42,948 nucleotides of DNA from an uncultured Bacilli bacterium (GCA_944373135.1 CALWAM010000001.1:1-42948), one strand, 5' to 3'; shown: positions 1 through 9,935, numbered from the stretch's first letter. The notes: generated by a model from the letters alone, not told the origin. Program-made: numbers and translations.

Positions 1-37
1 AATATTATCAACTGTCAAGAAAAAATTATTCATAAGA

Positions 38-64
38 AAACCTCTAGAAAAAATCTAGGGGTTT
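38..64. terminator. Hairpin with flanking A/T runs downstream of the GT2-TPR gene; possibly a bidirectional terminator
   Basis: ACCTCTAGA-aaaaaa-TCTAGGGGT stem has one G-U/A-C position and is flanked by AAAA and TTT. A second perfect 11-bp hairpin, GAGAGTATTGA-cttta-TCAATACTCTC, lies at 76..102. Confidence 0.4.
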
Positions 65-121
65 GTCTACACTCTGAGAGTATTGACTTTATCAATACTC
101 TCAATATGTATTTAGATAAAA

Positions 122-1210
122 CTAGTGGATTTTTTGGGATATCAATTCTTTATTTTTGATTAATCTTTCATCTGTTGGATTTATTTCTAAAGCTTTATTA
201 ATGTTTTCTAAAGCTTTTTGATATTCTCCTTGATAGTAATAAGCTAGTGATAATAAATCATAAACTGTTTCATTCCAACTAAATATTTCATTTATATATG
301 TTTTTTCATGAGATGTTATTTTTAAAGCTTCTAAGCAATATTTTTCTACATTAGGGTAATCTTCGAGAATATAATATGTAAGAGCTAATTCGATGTATGG
401 ATCTCGTAAGTAGGGAGCTTCTTTAATGGCTTTTTCTAACCACATAATTGATTCGTTATATCTTTTTAAATATTTATAGCATCTAGCTATGAAACGCATT
501 GAAGCACATCTTTCGTCTTTCCATGTGGCGGTAGGTAATGATAAATGTTTTATTAATGTATCAATTGCCTCTTGATATTTCCCATAATACATATATTCTC
601 TTCCTAAATAATGCATATTACGGTCGTCTTTTGGGTCTTCTTTAACTGACAATTCTAGTAATGGCAAATAAGAAGAACGAGATTTAGTTCTGTCTGGATA
701 ATGATTTAGAGTTATATTTTCACATTTGATGACATTTTCTTTAGTATTTCCAATATAAGTTAGTACTTCATGAACGGGATGTGTCCATTTATAATCGTTA
801 CGATTATGTATTTTTTCTATATAGAAACTTATTTTGGGAATATTGTTTTCGTCTAAATACCAATTGTAATTATACATAGCTCGTGTTGTTGTATCTTGCC
901 AACTTTCTTCAAGTACCTTGCGCCATCCTGGTAAAAAAACTTCATCTAGATCGGTACATACACATATGTCAGCATCTTCTGGCACAAAATCTAAAGAATC
1001 ATTTCTTGCCACATCGAATCGCCATTGTTGGTATGATTTTTGATTAGTATTAACGCCTAATTCTTTTAGTTTTTTTACTGTATCATCTGTTGATCCAGTA
1101 TCTAATACATAAATTCCATCGGCTTCATTCATGGAATTTACCCAACGTTCAACAAATTGTTCTTCGTTTTTAGAAATAGCATAAATATAAATTTTTAATT
1201 TTTTTTTCAT
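122..1210 (-). CDS. Family 2 glycosyltransferase with a C-terminal TPR repeat domain
   Basis: N-terminus IYAISKNEEQFVERWVNSM...DTGSTDDT is a GT2-like fold with a DxD-type CTDLDE motif. The C-terminal half has repeated Y/A/L TPR-like helices (YYGKYQEAI, YYYQGEYQKALENINKALEINP). GAGGAG RBS precedes the ATG. Confidence 0.7.
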   Translation of the reverse strand: MKKKLKIYIYAISKNEEQFVERWVNSMNEADGIYVLDTGSTDDTVKKLKELGVNTNQKSYQQWRFDVARNDSLDFVPEDADICVCTDLDEVFLPGWRKVLEESWQDTTTRAMYNYNWYLDENNIPKISFYIEKIHNRNDYKWTHPVHEVLTYIGNTKENVIKCENITLNHYPDRTKSRSSYLPLLELSVKEDPKDDRNMHYLGREYMYYGKYQEAIDTLIKHLSLPTATWKDERCASMRFIARCYKYLKRYNESIMWLEKAIKEAPYLRDPYIELALTYYILEDYPNVEKYCLEALKITSHEKTYINEIFSWNETVYDLLSLAYYYQGEYQKALENINKALEINPTDERLIKNKELISQKIH

Positions 1211-1245
1211 AAAAAACTCCTCTATAAATTATATGATAGAGGAGT

Positions 1246-2022
1246 TTAATTAATTATTATATTAGCATCTAAATTGGTAGTTTTTATCATGTTGTATGCC
1301 CATTCTTTAAAGTAATAAGCTTTAGGATGGATACCATCTGGTGAATAGGGATTATCTTTTTCTTTTAATATGTATATATTATCTATATAAGTTATATTAA
1401 GTTTATTACAAAGTTCTATAAGTTTATTATTGTATTCGGGAATTAATTCTAATGCTGGTTTTTGCGTGAATGATTTTTCGCTAGTGGTAGTTAGTAAATT
1501 AATATATAAATTGGCATTAGGTAATTTTTCTTGAATATTTAGTATTGCTTTTTCATAACTTTTAATAAACCCATCGATATTATTTTGCCATACTAATACA
1601 TCATTTATTCCATATTGTAAAAGAAGATTAGTTGGATTATTAGGAATTATTTTTTCTAAATCACTCATCATATTATCAACTCTTCGACCTCGAGTCCAAA
1701 CAACATTTTTATCATTTAACACATTATAAGCGGTTAGGCCTTCGGCTAACGAATCTCCAAGGACATAAGAATTTGTTTCAGAAAAAATTTTGCTTGCTCC
1801 TAGAAGACTAATTTTATCTATACTTCCAGCGGGTATTTCTGCGGCTTCACTGATTTTAACTTGACTTAAATTATTAAGGATTGATGATAGAACAGAGGGC
1901 TTACTTATGTTAACTTTTGTTTCAGAAGACGCGTGGCAATAGAAAAAGATAAAGGTTGATGATATCATTATAAAAAATATTAATAAAATAATACAAATTG
2001 TTTTAATATTTATTTTTTTCAT
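1246..2022 (-). CDS. Secreted or anchored SGNH/GDSL-family hydrolase (lipase/esterase)
   Basis: N-terminal hydrophobic signal/anchor. GDSLAEG block I motif, YGINDV block III, and DGIHP block V (DxxH). Confidence 0.7.
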   Translation of the reverse strand: MKKINIKTICIILLIFFIMISSTFIFFYCHASSETKVNISKPSVLSSILNNLSQVKISEAAEIPAGSIDKISLLGASKIFSETNSYVLGDSLAEGLTAYNVLNDKNVVWTRGRRVDNMMSDLEKIIPNNPTNLLLQYGINDVLVWQNNIDGFIKSYEKAILNIQEKLPNANLYINLLTTTSEKSFTQKPALELIPEYNNKLIELCNKLNITYIDNIYILKEKDNPYSPDGIHPKAYYFKEWAYNMIKTTNLDANIIIN

Positions 2023-2104
2023 ATACTACACCTGATTTTATTATATCACATATATTGTTATATAATTATTATCATTGTGTAAATGAGTGTAAAAAAATAG
2101 AAGA

Positions 2105-3514
2105 TTATATTTCTTCTATTTCCATTAAATTAGTTGTTCTATTAGCGTCGGTGTTAGGATATCCACCAGTAATTACTATAATGTCTTTTTCTTTTAATTC
2201 CATGAATTTTTTCGCTTCTTCGATACTACTACTTATTAATTCATCTGTAGATTTTTTAACTGGCATTAATCTTGGATAAATACCATAATTTAGCATTAGA
2301 CGACGTCCGTCTTTTTCGTTTGGTGTTAGCGCAATAATTATTGATTTGGGGCGATAATTGCTTATTAGTTTAGCTGTTCTTCCATGAATGGTAGCAGTAG
2401 TTATCAATTTAGCATTTAATCTATTAGCGGTATCAACAACAGCAGTAGCTATAGCATCACGACTATTATTTACATGGCGCATTTCTTCTACATAATTGTA
2501 TTCGGCATATTTTTCGGTTGTTTCACATATTTTTGCCATGGCAGCTACTGTTTCAATTGGGTGTTTTCCAATTGTTGTTTCTCCCGATAACATGACGGCA
2601 TCAGTACCATCTAAAACAGCATTGGCAATATCACTTGTTTCGGCTCTTTTTGGTCGACTATTTTCCATCATTGTTTCTAGCATTTCAGTAGCAACAATAC
2701 ATATTTTATTTCTTCTACGACAAGCTTTAACCATTTTCTTTTGTTCAATTGGTACTACTTCGCTAGGGATTTCTGTACCCAAATCACCACGAGCGACCAT
2801 TATTCCATCACTAACATCTAAAATTTGTTCTAGATTTTTAATGCCTAATGCACTTTCAATTTTACATATTATTTGTAAATCTTCTCTATTAAATTCTTTT
2901 AATAGTTTTTTAACTTCTAAGACGTCTTCAGGTTTTGATACAAAAGATATGGCTAAAAATTCACCACCGTGTTCACAGGCATATTTGATATCTTCGCGAT
3001 CAATTTCACTTACATATGGCATGTCTAATGATACTCCTGGAACACTTAGACTTTTACGGCTGCCTAAGAATCCGCCAGATATTATTTGACAAGTAATGCC
3101 ATCTTCTTCTTTACTTATTACTTTTATTTTCATTTTGGCATTTTCAAGAAGAATTATATCTCCAACATTGATGGAATCAATAGCTTGAGGATGGTTTACA
3201 CTAAATTTTTCATTTGTTCCAATTACTTGCTCTTTAACAATGCGAATTGTTTTTCCTTCAACTAATTCAATTTTATCGTTTTCCATTATTCCACTACGGA
3301 ATTCTGGTCCTTTAGTATCCCAAAGGATAGCGACATTCATTCCAGTTCTTTGGCGAACTTCTCTTACTGAAGTTATGGCTTTTATTCTTTCTTCATCAGT
3401 AGCATGAGAAAAATTAATTCTTGCAATATTCATTCCAGCTAAAACCATTTTTTCCATTACATCGGCTTCATTACTAGCTGGTCCAATACTACAAACTATT
3501 TTTGTTTTTTTCAT
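2105..3514 (-). CDS. pyk: Pyruvate kinase
   Basis: MKKTKIVCSIGPAS...NIARINFSHA...MVARGDLG motifs run the full length. Start moved to the ATG at 3514, preceded by AAAAGGAGT. The 12-aa extension in the track has no RBS. Confidence 0.95.
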   Translation of the reverse strand: MKKTKIVCSIGPASNEADVMEKMVLAGMNIARINFSHATDEERIKAITSVREVRQRTGMNVAILWDTKGPEFRSGIMENDKIELVEGKTIRIVKEQVIGTNEKFSVNHPQAIDSINVGDIILLENAKMKIKVISKEEDGITCQIISGGFLGSRKSLSVPGVSLDMPYVSEIDREDIKYACEHGGEFLAISFVSKPEDVLEVKKLLKEFNREDLQIICKIESALGIKNLEQILDVSDGIMVARGDLGTEIPSEVVPIEQKKMVKACRRRNKICIVATEMLETMMENSRPKRAETSDIANAVLDGTDAVMLSGETTIGKHPIETVAAMAKICETTEKYAEYNYVEEMRHVNNSRDAIATAVVDTANRLNAKLITTATIHGRTAKLISNYRPKSIIIALTPNEKDGRRLMLNYGIYPRLMPVKKSTDELISSSIEEAKKFMELKEKDIIVITGGYPNTDANRTTNLMEIEEI

Positions 3515-3593
3515 AAATATACTCCTTTTCAACTTGCTATTGTAACACATTATTTCCTTATTTGTCTAGAAGGATATAAAAAAAAGGATATTT

Positions 3594-4166
3594 CTAATCC
3601 TTCTTATTTTTGTTTATTATTACTGCATCTTTTATTTTTTCTTCTTTTTTTTCTTTCTTTTGTTCAAATAAATTTACTATACAATTGGTTACTTCTAAGC
3701 TTCCATATATCATTATTATTATTCCAATTGTTGATAAAATAATATTTGATACTAGTATAATATAAAATCCAATAATCATAATTAATATTGCTATTATTAA
3801 GTTTGTGACAAAATAATTATCTTTATTTGGATAAGATAATGTATCTATTAATTTGGTTATTCCGGTGAATAAGAGCCATGCTCCTATAAGATATCTAATA
3901 GCTACTTCAATGGCACTAGCCAAAAAGAAAAATATAAATCCTATAATAAATGTGGCCGCAGCTGATATTAAGGTAATATTTAATTTGCTTTTGTAATAAA
4001 AAATAAATTGACTAATGCTGTAAATCAAAAATATTGCTCCTAGAATGTAGGATAATATTTTTATAAATTCTTCGGGATTTGTGAACAATAAGGCACCGAC
4101 TACAATGGTTGCTATTGATAATAATAATGAGTTTTTTTTATATTTGGTATTTATTTCTATTTTCAT
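3594..4166 (-). CDS. Polytopic membrane protein, HdeD/DUF308-like
   Basis: About six hydrophobic helices in 190 aa, with repeated short helix-pair architecture and a lysine-rich C-terminus. The family call rests on general resemblance only. Confidence 0.45.
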   Translation of the reverse strand: MKIEINTKYKKNSLLLSIATIVVGALLFTNPEEFIKILSYILGAIFLIYSISQFIFYYKSKLNITLISAAATFIIGFIFFFLASAIEVAIRYLIGAWLLFTGITKLIDTLSYPNKDNYFVTNLIIAILIMIIGFYIILVSNIILSTIGIIIMIYGSLEVTNCIVNLFEQKKEKKEEKIKDAVIINKNKKD

Positions 4167-4222
4167 ATAATCCTCTTTCTGTTTTAATTATACAGATATT
4201 TTTATTTTTTAGCAACTAATCT

Positions 4223-4251
4223 TTGACAAAACAAGAATTTTCCAGTACAAT
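4223..4251 (+). promoter_or_regulatory. Near-consensus sigma-A promoter for the 4274 operon
   Basis: TTGACA (4223-4228), exactly 17 nt, then TACAAT (4246-4251), about 22 nt upstream of an AGGTGA RBS and ATG. Confidence 0.6.
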
Positions 4252-4273
4252 TAATTATAGTAGGTGACTAATA

Positions 4274-4879
4274 ATGGCGAATATTAAACTTAGGTATAAA
4301 ATTACTTTATTAAGTATTGTTTGTCTTATGGTATTAGTTAGTATGACTAGTTTTTCATATGCTTATTTTGTTGCGGTTATTGTAGGTAATGAAGAAGCTA
4401 AGAATATTGATATTAATACTGCTGAAATTAATATGAATTTTACTGAGGGTACTGAGAATGTTTCATTAAGTAATGTCTATCCTATTTCTGATGAAGAAGG
4501 ATTGACTGGAACTCCTTATGAATTTACATTAACTAATCCAAATAATTATAATGTTACAGTTGAAATTTTAGTTAATGTTTTAACTGACTCGACGATGGAC
4601 TCTTCCTATATTAAAGTGGCATATAATAATGGCTCTGGACAATTAACTCCGGCTTTACTTAATACTAAACCAGGTCCTAATATAACTATTTCTTTTGAGG
4701 GAGTGAAGGAATGTTATTTGCTTGATTCGATTACTTTGGTACCAAATGGTACTCAATCTTTCAAAGTTTGGTTTTGGATGGATGAAAGCGTTGGAGGAGT
4801 TACTGGGGGTGAAGTTGGACCTTCAATGGGTAAAGATTTTAAAGCTAAAATTGCTGCAGTAACTGCTAAAAGTGAGTGA
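4274..4879 (+). CDS. Secreted beta-rich protein with a TasA/camelysin-like (SipW-type-like) N-terminal signal
   Basis: N-terminal K-rich segment, hydrophobic core, then TSFSYAYFVA, which resembles the GT(F/Y/W)A(Y/A)F motif of SipW-cognate signals. The remainder is beta-strand-like (YEFTLTNPNNYNVTVEILVNV, SFKVWFWMDE). Confidence 0.5.
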   Translation: MANIKLRYKITLLSIVCLMVLVSMTSFSYAYFVAVIVGNEEAKNIDINTAEINMNFTEGTENVSLSNVYPISDEEGLTGTPYEFTLTNPNNYNVTVEILVNVLTDSTMDSSYIKVAYNNGSGQLTPALLNTKPGPNITISFEGVKECYLLDSITLVPNGTQSFKVWFWMDESVGGVTGGEVGPSMGKDFKAKIAAVTAKSE

Positions 4880-5199
4880 TAATGATGAAAAAATTTATTA
4901 ATACTATAAAAGAGCTAATTAAATATTGCACAAAAAAACCTTTTAAAGATTTATTAAAGTTATTGGGCGAGCTGTTGATTATTGCTTTAATTGTGGCCAT
5001 ATTTAAATTACCATTTATAATGATAAGGGATTTTGGTATAGAGCTTATAACTTCGATGGGCTTGCGATTTAGTAATATAATGTTGTTGATATGGAATTTA
5101 GGTTTTGATTTATCTTATCTTGTTATTGGAATTATAATATATATACATATATTAAATAAGAGATATAATAATATTAATGAAACAAAAAAAGACTTGTAA
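4876..5199 (+). CDS. Small two-TM membrane protein, translationally coupled to the preceding gene
   Basis: GTGA start/stop overlap with the 4274 ORF (alternative ATGs at 4882 and 4885). Two hydrophobic helices. A terminator overlaps its stop codon. Confidence 0.45.
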   Translation: MIMMKKFINTIKELIKYCTKKPFKDLLKLLGELLIIALIVAIFKLPFIMIRDFGIELITSMGLRFSNIMLLIWNLGFDLSYLVIGIIIYIHILNKRYNNINETKKDL

Positions 5200-5212
5200 T
5201 GTGTCTTTTTTT
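5184..5212 (+). terminator. Rho-independent terminator
   Basis: AAAAAGAC-ttgtaatgt-GTCTTTTT followed by a T-run. Confidence 0.6.
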
Positions 5213-5245
5213 GTTGTAAAATCTTAAAACAGATTGGGTGATGTT

Positions 5246-7051
5246 ATGGACAAAATTATTAATGTTGCTGTAGTGGCGCATGTTGATGCAGGGAAAAGTA
5301 CTTTAGTTGATGCATTGTTAAGTCAAAATGGAGTTTTTAGAAGTAATGAGATAGTAGAAGAAAGAGTAATGGATAGTAATGAGCTTGAAAAAGAAAGAGG
5401 AATTACAATTTATTCTAAGAATTGTGCAATTAGATACCATGATTATAAAATTAATATCGTTGATACTCCTGGGCATGCTGATTTTAGTAGTGAAGTAGAA
5501 AGAATTATAAAAACAGTTGACACTGTTATTTTAATAGTCGACAGTGCGGAAGGACCAATGCCTCAAACTAGATTTGTTTTAAAGAAAGCTTTAGAGCAAA
5601 ATTTAAGACCAATATTATTTATTAATAAAATTGATAAAAAAGATGCCAGAGTCAAAGAAGTTGTTGATATGACTTTTGATTTGTTTTTGGAATTAAATGC
5701 AACTGATGAACAATTAGATTTTCCAATTGTATATGGAATAGCTAAAGAAGGAATTGCCAAGTTATCTATGGATGAAGATAGTGATTCTATTGAACCATTA
5801 ATTAAAACTATTATTAATCAAGTAAAGCCTTTTGAGGGGAGTGAGGATGATAACTTGCAATTACAAATTTCCTCTTTGGATTATGATGATTATATTGGAA
5901 GATTAGGTATTGGTCGTATAACTAATGGTGTTATAAGAGATGGAGAAGTTGTTTCTTTAGTTAAAAATGATGGAGAAGTTTCCTCATTTAGGGTATCTAA
6001 ATTATTTGTAAATGAAGGAATTAAAAGAGTTCAAAAGGATAAAGCTTATTATGGTGATATTGTTATTGTCGCTGGATGTAGTCATATTTCAATTGGCGAT
6101 ACTATTTGTCAAAAGGATGTTATAGATCCATTACCTCCTATTAATATTGAAAAACCGACTTTAGCTATGAATTTTTTAGTAAATAATAGTCCATTTGCTG
6201 GTAGAAGTGGTAAATTTTTAACTAATCGTCATATTAAAGAAAGATTAGATAAAGAACTAGAAACTAATGTTGGTTTAATGGTTGAGGAATTACCTAATGC
6301 TGATGGTTATAAGGTGTCAGGCCGTGGTGAATTACACTTATCAATACTACTAGAGAATATGAGAAGAGAAGGCTATGAACTTAGTGTGTCAAAACCAGAA
6401 GTTTTATTTCAAGATATTAATGGTGTTAAGTGTGAGCCGTTTGAAAGAGTAATAGTTAATTGTCCTAGTGATTATTCAGGAACAGTTATAAATGATTTGC
6501 AAGAAAGAAAGGCTGTTTTAGAAGCTGTTTCTAATAATGAAGATAATTATACATACCTAGAGTTTATAGCACCAACTAGAGGTTTAATAGGTTATAGAAG
6601 TGCGTTTATTACTAACACAAAAGGGGAAGGCATAATGGTTCGTAGTTTTGAAGATTATCGGCCTTATGTAGGACCAATTAGTGGAAGAAAAAATGGCGTA
6701 TTAGTTTCGATGGAAAACGGTAAAACATTGGGATATTCTTTATGGAATTTACAAGATAGAGGTACATTAATAGTGGGACCAGCTGTTGATGTGTATATAG
6801 GAATGATTGTTGGAATTAATAATCGTGAAAATGATTTAAATGTTAATCCATGTAAGAATAAACAATTAACTAATACCAGAGCAAGTGGAAGTGATGAAGC
6901 AATTGCTTTAATTAAACCTAAAACGTTTACTTTGGAAGAAGCATTAGAATTTATAGAAGATGATGAATATGTAGAAGTAACTCCTACTGATATTAGATTA
7001 AGAAAAAAAATATTGGATCCAAACGAAAGATATAGATTAAATAGAAAATAA
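5246..7051 (+). CDS. typA: Translational GTPase TypA/BipA
   Basis: NVAVVAHVDAGKSTLVD, DTPGHADF and NKIDK GTPase motifs with a full-length BipA-like C-terminus. Start set at the in-frame ATG at 5246; the track start at 5234 is TTG. Confidence 0.95.
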   Translation: MDKIINVAVVAHVDAGKSTLVDALLSQNGVFRSNEIVEERVMDSNELEKERGITIYSKNCAIRYHDYKINIVDTPGHADFSSEVERIIKTVDTVILIVDSAEGPMPQTRFVLKKALEQNLRPILFINKIDKKDARVKEVVDMTFDLFLELNATDEQLDFPIVYGIAKEGIAKLSMDEDSDSIEPLIKTIINQVKPFEGSEDDNLQLQISSLDYDDYIGRLGIGRITNGVIRDGEVVSLVKNDGEVSSFRVSKLFVNEGIKRVQKDKAYYGDIVIVAGCSHISIGDTICQKDVIDPLPPINIEKPTLAMNFLVNNSPFAGRSGKFLTNRHIKERLDKELETNVGLMVEELPNADGYKVSGRGELHLSILLENMRREGYELSVSKPEVLFQDINGVKCEPFERVIVNCPSDYSGTVINDLQERKAVLEAVSNNEDNYTYLEFIAPTRGLIGYRSAFITNTKGEGIMVRSFEDYRPYVGPISGRKNGVLVSMENGKTLGYSLWNLQDRGTLIVGPAVDVYIGMIVGINNRENDLNVNPCKNKQLTNTRASGSDEAIALIKPKTFTLEEALEFIEDDEYVEVTPTDIRLRKKILDPNERYRLNRK

Positions 7052-7080
7052 AATCGCAAATAATTATTGCGATTTTTCTT
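7052..7080. terminator. Bidirectional terminator between convergent typA and the ABC gene
   Basis: AATCGCAA-ataatta-TTGCGATT with an A-run upstream and a T-run downstream. It overlaps the stop of the minus-strand gene. Confidence 0.6.
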
Positions 7081-8392
7081 TTTTGAGACGATAATATTTA
7101 CCTTTTTGTTCCATAAGTTCTTTATCTGTCCCTATTTCTTTTATTTGACTGTTTTCTAAATATATTATTTTATTGTACGTTTGAATAAGTGGTAGTTTAT
7201 GAGATATTATAATGATGGTTTTATTTTTTTGTTTAGAAATGGATTTTTCGATTTCTTTTTGATAGTTAGCAGAAATATCTATAAATGGATTATTTATAAT
7301 TAATAATTTTTTATTACTTATGATAGAACGAATTATAGTTAGTATTTTTTTTAAGTATTTTGGAAGATATTCAATGTCACTAATGATGGTTCCTTCTTCG
7401 TTAGGAAGACTTTTTATATAATGGTCTAACTGATATTCTTTTAATAGTGATTCTAATTCTTCATAGGGTATTTCTTTATTATAAAGTAAGTTATTAATTA
7501 ATGATGTGTTTTTTAGCCAGTCATAGTTAATATCTATTAATTTTAAAGTATTTATTTCTTTTATGTTATTATTGTCAATAAAGATTTCTCCTTCATAGTT
7601 TAAGTTTTGATTAATAAAAGTATCAATAAATGGTAAATAATCTTTATTATCAACAATAATATATATTTTATCATTTTTATTAATAGTTAAATTAAAATCA
7701 TATAGTAAATTGGGAATCATTAAATTTGATATAGTAATGCTTTTAAAATTTTTAATATTATTATTGGAATAATTATAGTTGTTTTTAACTGAATAATTAT
7801 AAGTATTTGCTAAATAAATAGACATGATTAGTAAAATATTACTTAATATTATATTTACAATTGTTGTATAAGAATAGTTATTATATAAAATTAATAAATA
7901 CAAAATTATGAGGAAGATGTTGATAGTTATTTTTAAGTAACCAATTAAATTTTTATAAAGTAATGATTTTTCGTAAGATTTTAGATAACTTGTTAGATTA
8001 TTAAGTTTTTTTCGGTATAAATTATAGGCGATTGTTGTTTCTATGCCACTAATATTTTCATCTATAAAACTTGTTATTTGAGCTTGATTATTTAAATGGT
8101 TATTTATCTTTTTTTTAGTTAATTTATTTATTATTAAGTTAGTCAAGAAGAATATTATTGGATATATAAAAACAATAGGCGATTTTATTTGGACTAATAA
8201 ATAAAAGAATATGGGAATATAGGTCGAAATAATAATAAAATTATTAATCATTGCGATTTTATAATATTGTAGCAAAAATATTAAGTATAGAATTAATAAT
8301 AAAGGTATAATAAAATATAATTCGTTTTTGAGAATATATATTGATATAAAAGAAATTAAATAAAGTGATAGTATGTAGATTTTTTTTCTCAT
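7064..8392 (-). CDS. ABC half-transporter (TMD-NBD) with a degenerate nucleotide-binding domain
   Basis: Hydrophobic N-terminal half. The C-terminal half aligns to an ABC NBD and retains the H-loop region (IIIISHKL) and the C-terminal YYRLKKEK-type tail. Walker A (IVDNKDYLPF), signature (LPKYL) and Walker B (LLIINNP) are not consensus. Confidence 0.65.
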   Translation of the reverse strand: MRKKIYILSLYLISFISIYILKNELYFIIPLLLILYLIFLLQYYKIAMINNFIIISTYIPIFFYLLVQIKSPIVFIYPIIFFLTNLIINKLTKKKINNHLNNQAQITSFIDENISGIETTIAYNLYRKKLNNLTSYLKSYEKSLLYKNLIGYLKITINIFLIILYLLILYNNYSYTTIVNIILSNILLIMSIYLANTYNYSVKNNYNYSNNNIKNFKSITISNLMIPNLLYDFNLTINKNDKIYIIVDNKDYLPFIDTFINQNLNYEGEIFIDNNNIKEINTLKLIDINYDWLKNTSLINNLLYNKEIPYEELESLLKEYQLDHYIKSLPNEEGTIISDIEYLPKYLKKILTIIRSIISNKKLLIINNPFIDISANYQKEIEKSISKQKNKTIIIISHKLPLIQTYNKIIYLENSQIKEIGTDKELMEQKGKYYRLKKEKSQ

Positions 8393-9828
8393 AATTTCAT
8401 TTTCCTTTCTATATCTTTAGGAATGCTTTTATTAGAACCTTCATATATTATTTTTAAATCTTTCATTATAATTAAGTGATCGGCAAAAGTTATAAGATTA
8501 GGATTGGTAGTTGTAATAATAACAGTTTTAGGCAAATCTTTAATATTATTTATAATTCTCTTAGTACTTGAGAAAGAAATATCATTTAAAGTTTCATCAA
8601 AGATTAACAATTCTTTAGATCTTATTAAATTAAGAGCTATTTTTAATTTAGCGTTTTGTTCTGGTGAAATGTTTTGACCATTATTAATTATTAAATAATT
8701 CAAATTGTAAGTAAAGTCTTGAGCATTTGCAATTTTTAGAACATGATGGATTAATGTCGGATTAGTGTTTTTATTTAATTCTTTAAATAATTTGATGATA
8801 GAATTGGAAAATATTACCATATTTTGGGGTGAATAATTTGCTAAGTTTATTAGAGAATTGTTGATAATGGGTATATTATCAACAATAATATTGCCATCAT
8901 CATATGAAATCTGATTTAGTAAAATTTTTAAAAGTGTTGTTTTTCCACTTAAATTAGGACCATATATAACAGTGATTTTTCCTTTAGGGAAGGTGATTGA
9001 TATATTTTTAAATTGTTTATAATTTATATCTTTAAGCATTATATTATTTTTAAATGTGATGTTGCTACGATTATTTTTTGGTATATGTGAAGCATGATAT
9101 GTTTTTAATAATAATATTGCTTCGATAATAGGTTCTATATTTAAGACGGTGATTATTAGAGGGATTATAAAGATAATTAAATTTAAGGTAGGTTTATTAA
9201 AAAACAAAATTAAGCTAATTACGGTTACGGAGTATAGCGTCTTTATAAAAAAAAAAAGAGCGATAATATTTTTATATTCTTTTTCTAATTTATTAATTTT
9301 TTTTGATTCTTTATTATATTTATTAGCAAGAATAATAGTTTTATAACCGTTTGTAAATTCATTTTTACTTTGGATATAAGTATTTTTTAGGCGTTGTAAT
9401 TTTTTATAATTAATTGATAGGTAAACAATGGTTATGATAAAGAAAGAAGTTATTATTAAGACATTAATTTGCAAACCATTTTTATTTATAAAATATAAAA
9501 TATTAAGAAGTAGGTGTAAAGGCAGGTATAAAATCGAAAATATTAATATAAATATATTATGTTCTATTTCAGAAATATTATTTGTTTTTAGTGCTGTTTT
9601 TCCTACATATTGATGATTATATATATTAAGTAAGTAGTTATAATGTAAATAACTTGTTGTTATACTGGAATATTTGGCTGTAAATATCAGTGATAATGTT
9701 AAACAAATGTAAGCTGGTAAAATAATATATACTGAAATAAACGTATTTATTAATAAGATGACTGAAATTATGTTTAAACATAAAATTAGAAAAATATACT
9801 TGAAGTTTTTTTTGTTAAGATAATTCAT
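8389..9828 (-). CDS. ABC half-transporter (TMD-NBD) with intact Walker A and B
   Basis: GPNLSGKTTLLK Walker A, a SPQN Q-loop, an ISPEQ signature variant, and LLIFDE Walker B. The H-loop histidine is replaced (TTTN). ATGA overlap with the downstream partner. Confidence 0.7.
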   Translation of the reverse strand: MNYLNKKNFKYIFLILCLNIISVILLINTFISVYIILPAYICLTLSLIFTAKYSSITTSYLHYNYLLNIYNHQYVGKTALKTNNISEIEHNIFILIFSILYLPLHLLLNILYFINKNGLQINVLIITSFFIITIVYLSINYKKLQRLKNTYIQSKNEFTNGYKTIILANKYNKESKKINKLEKEYKNIIALFFFIKTLYSVTVISLILFFNKPTLNLIIFIIPLIITVLNIEPIIEAILLLKTYHASHIPKNNRSNITFKNNIMLKDINYKQFKNISITFPKGKITVIYGPNLSGKTTLLKILLNQISYDDGNIIVDNIPIINNSLINLANYSPQNMVIFSNSIIKLFKELNKNTNPTLIHHVLKIANAQDFTYNLNYLIINNGQNISPEQNAKLKIALNLIRSKELLIFDETLNDISFSSTKRIINNIKDLPKTVIITTTNPNLITFADHLIIMKDLKIIYEGSNKSIPKDIERKMKL

Positions 9829-9935
9829 TTTTTCACCTACTTATTTATTATAATTAATTAATATACTAGGAGCAAGAATTATTGCTTTTTTTATCTTTTC
9901 TTGTATAATAATTATAAATTGGAGTGACATTTGTT

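Noticed and set aside
1-121. Possible 3' end of an upstream gene at the left window edge
   Set aside because: Only about 35 nt precede the first hairpin, which is too short to evaluate a reading frame.
2496-3089. 197-aa plus-strand ORF, together with 2055..2279
   Set aside because: It lies entirely antisense to pyruvate kinase, which is unambiguous. The composition is low-complexity and there is no RBS. It is a shadow ORF.
6664-7059. 131-aa minus-strand ORF, and 5563..5760
   Set aside because: Both are antisense to typA. These are shadow ORFs typical of AT-rich DNA.
9149-9613. Small plus-strand ORFs 9149..9346 and 9428..9613. Similar short antisense ORFs are at 14751..14969, 20432..20641, 21918..22103, 22487..22669, 25805..25990, 34538..34777 and 41561..41803.
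   Set aside because: All lie inside, and antisense to, longer motif-supported genes. None has a convincing RBS.
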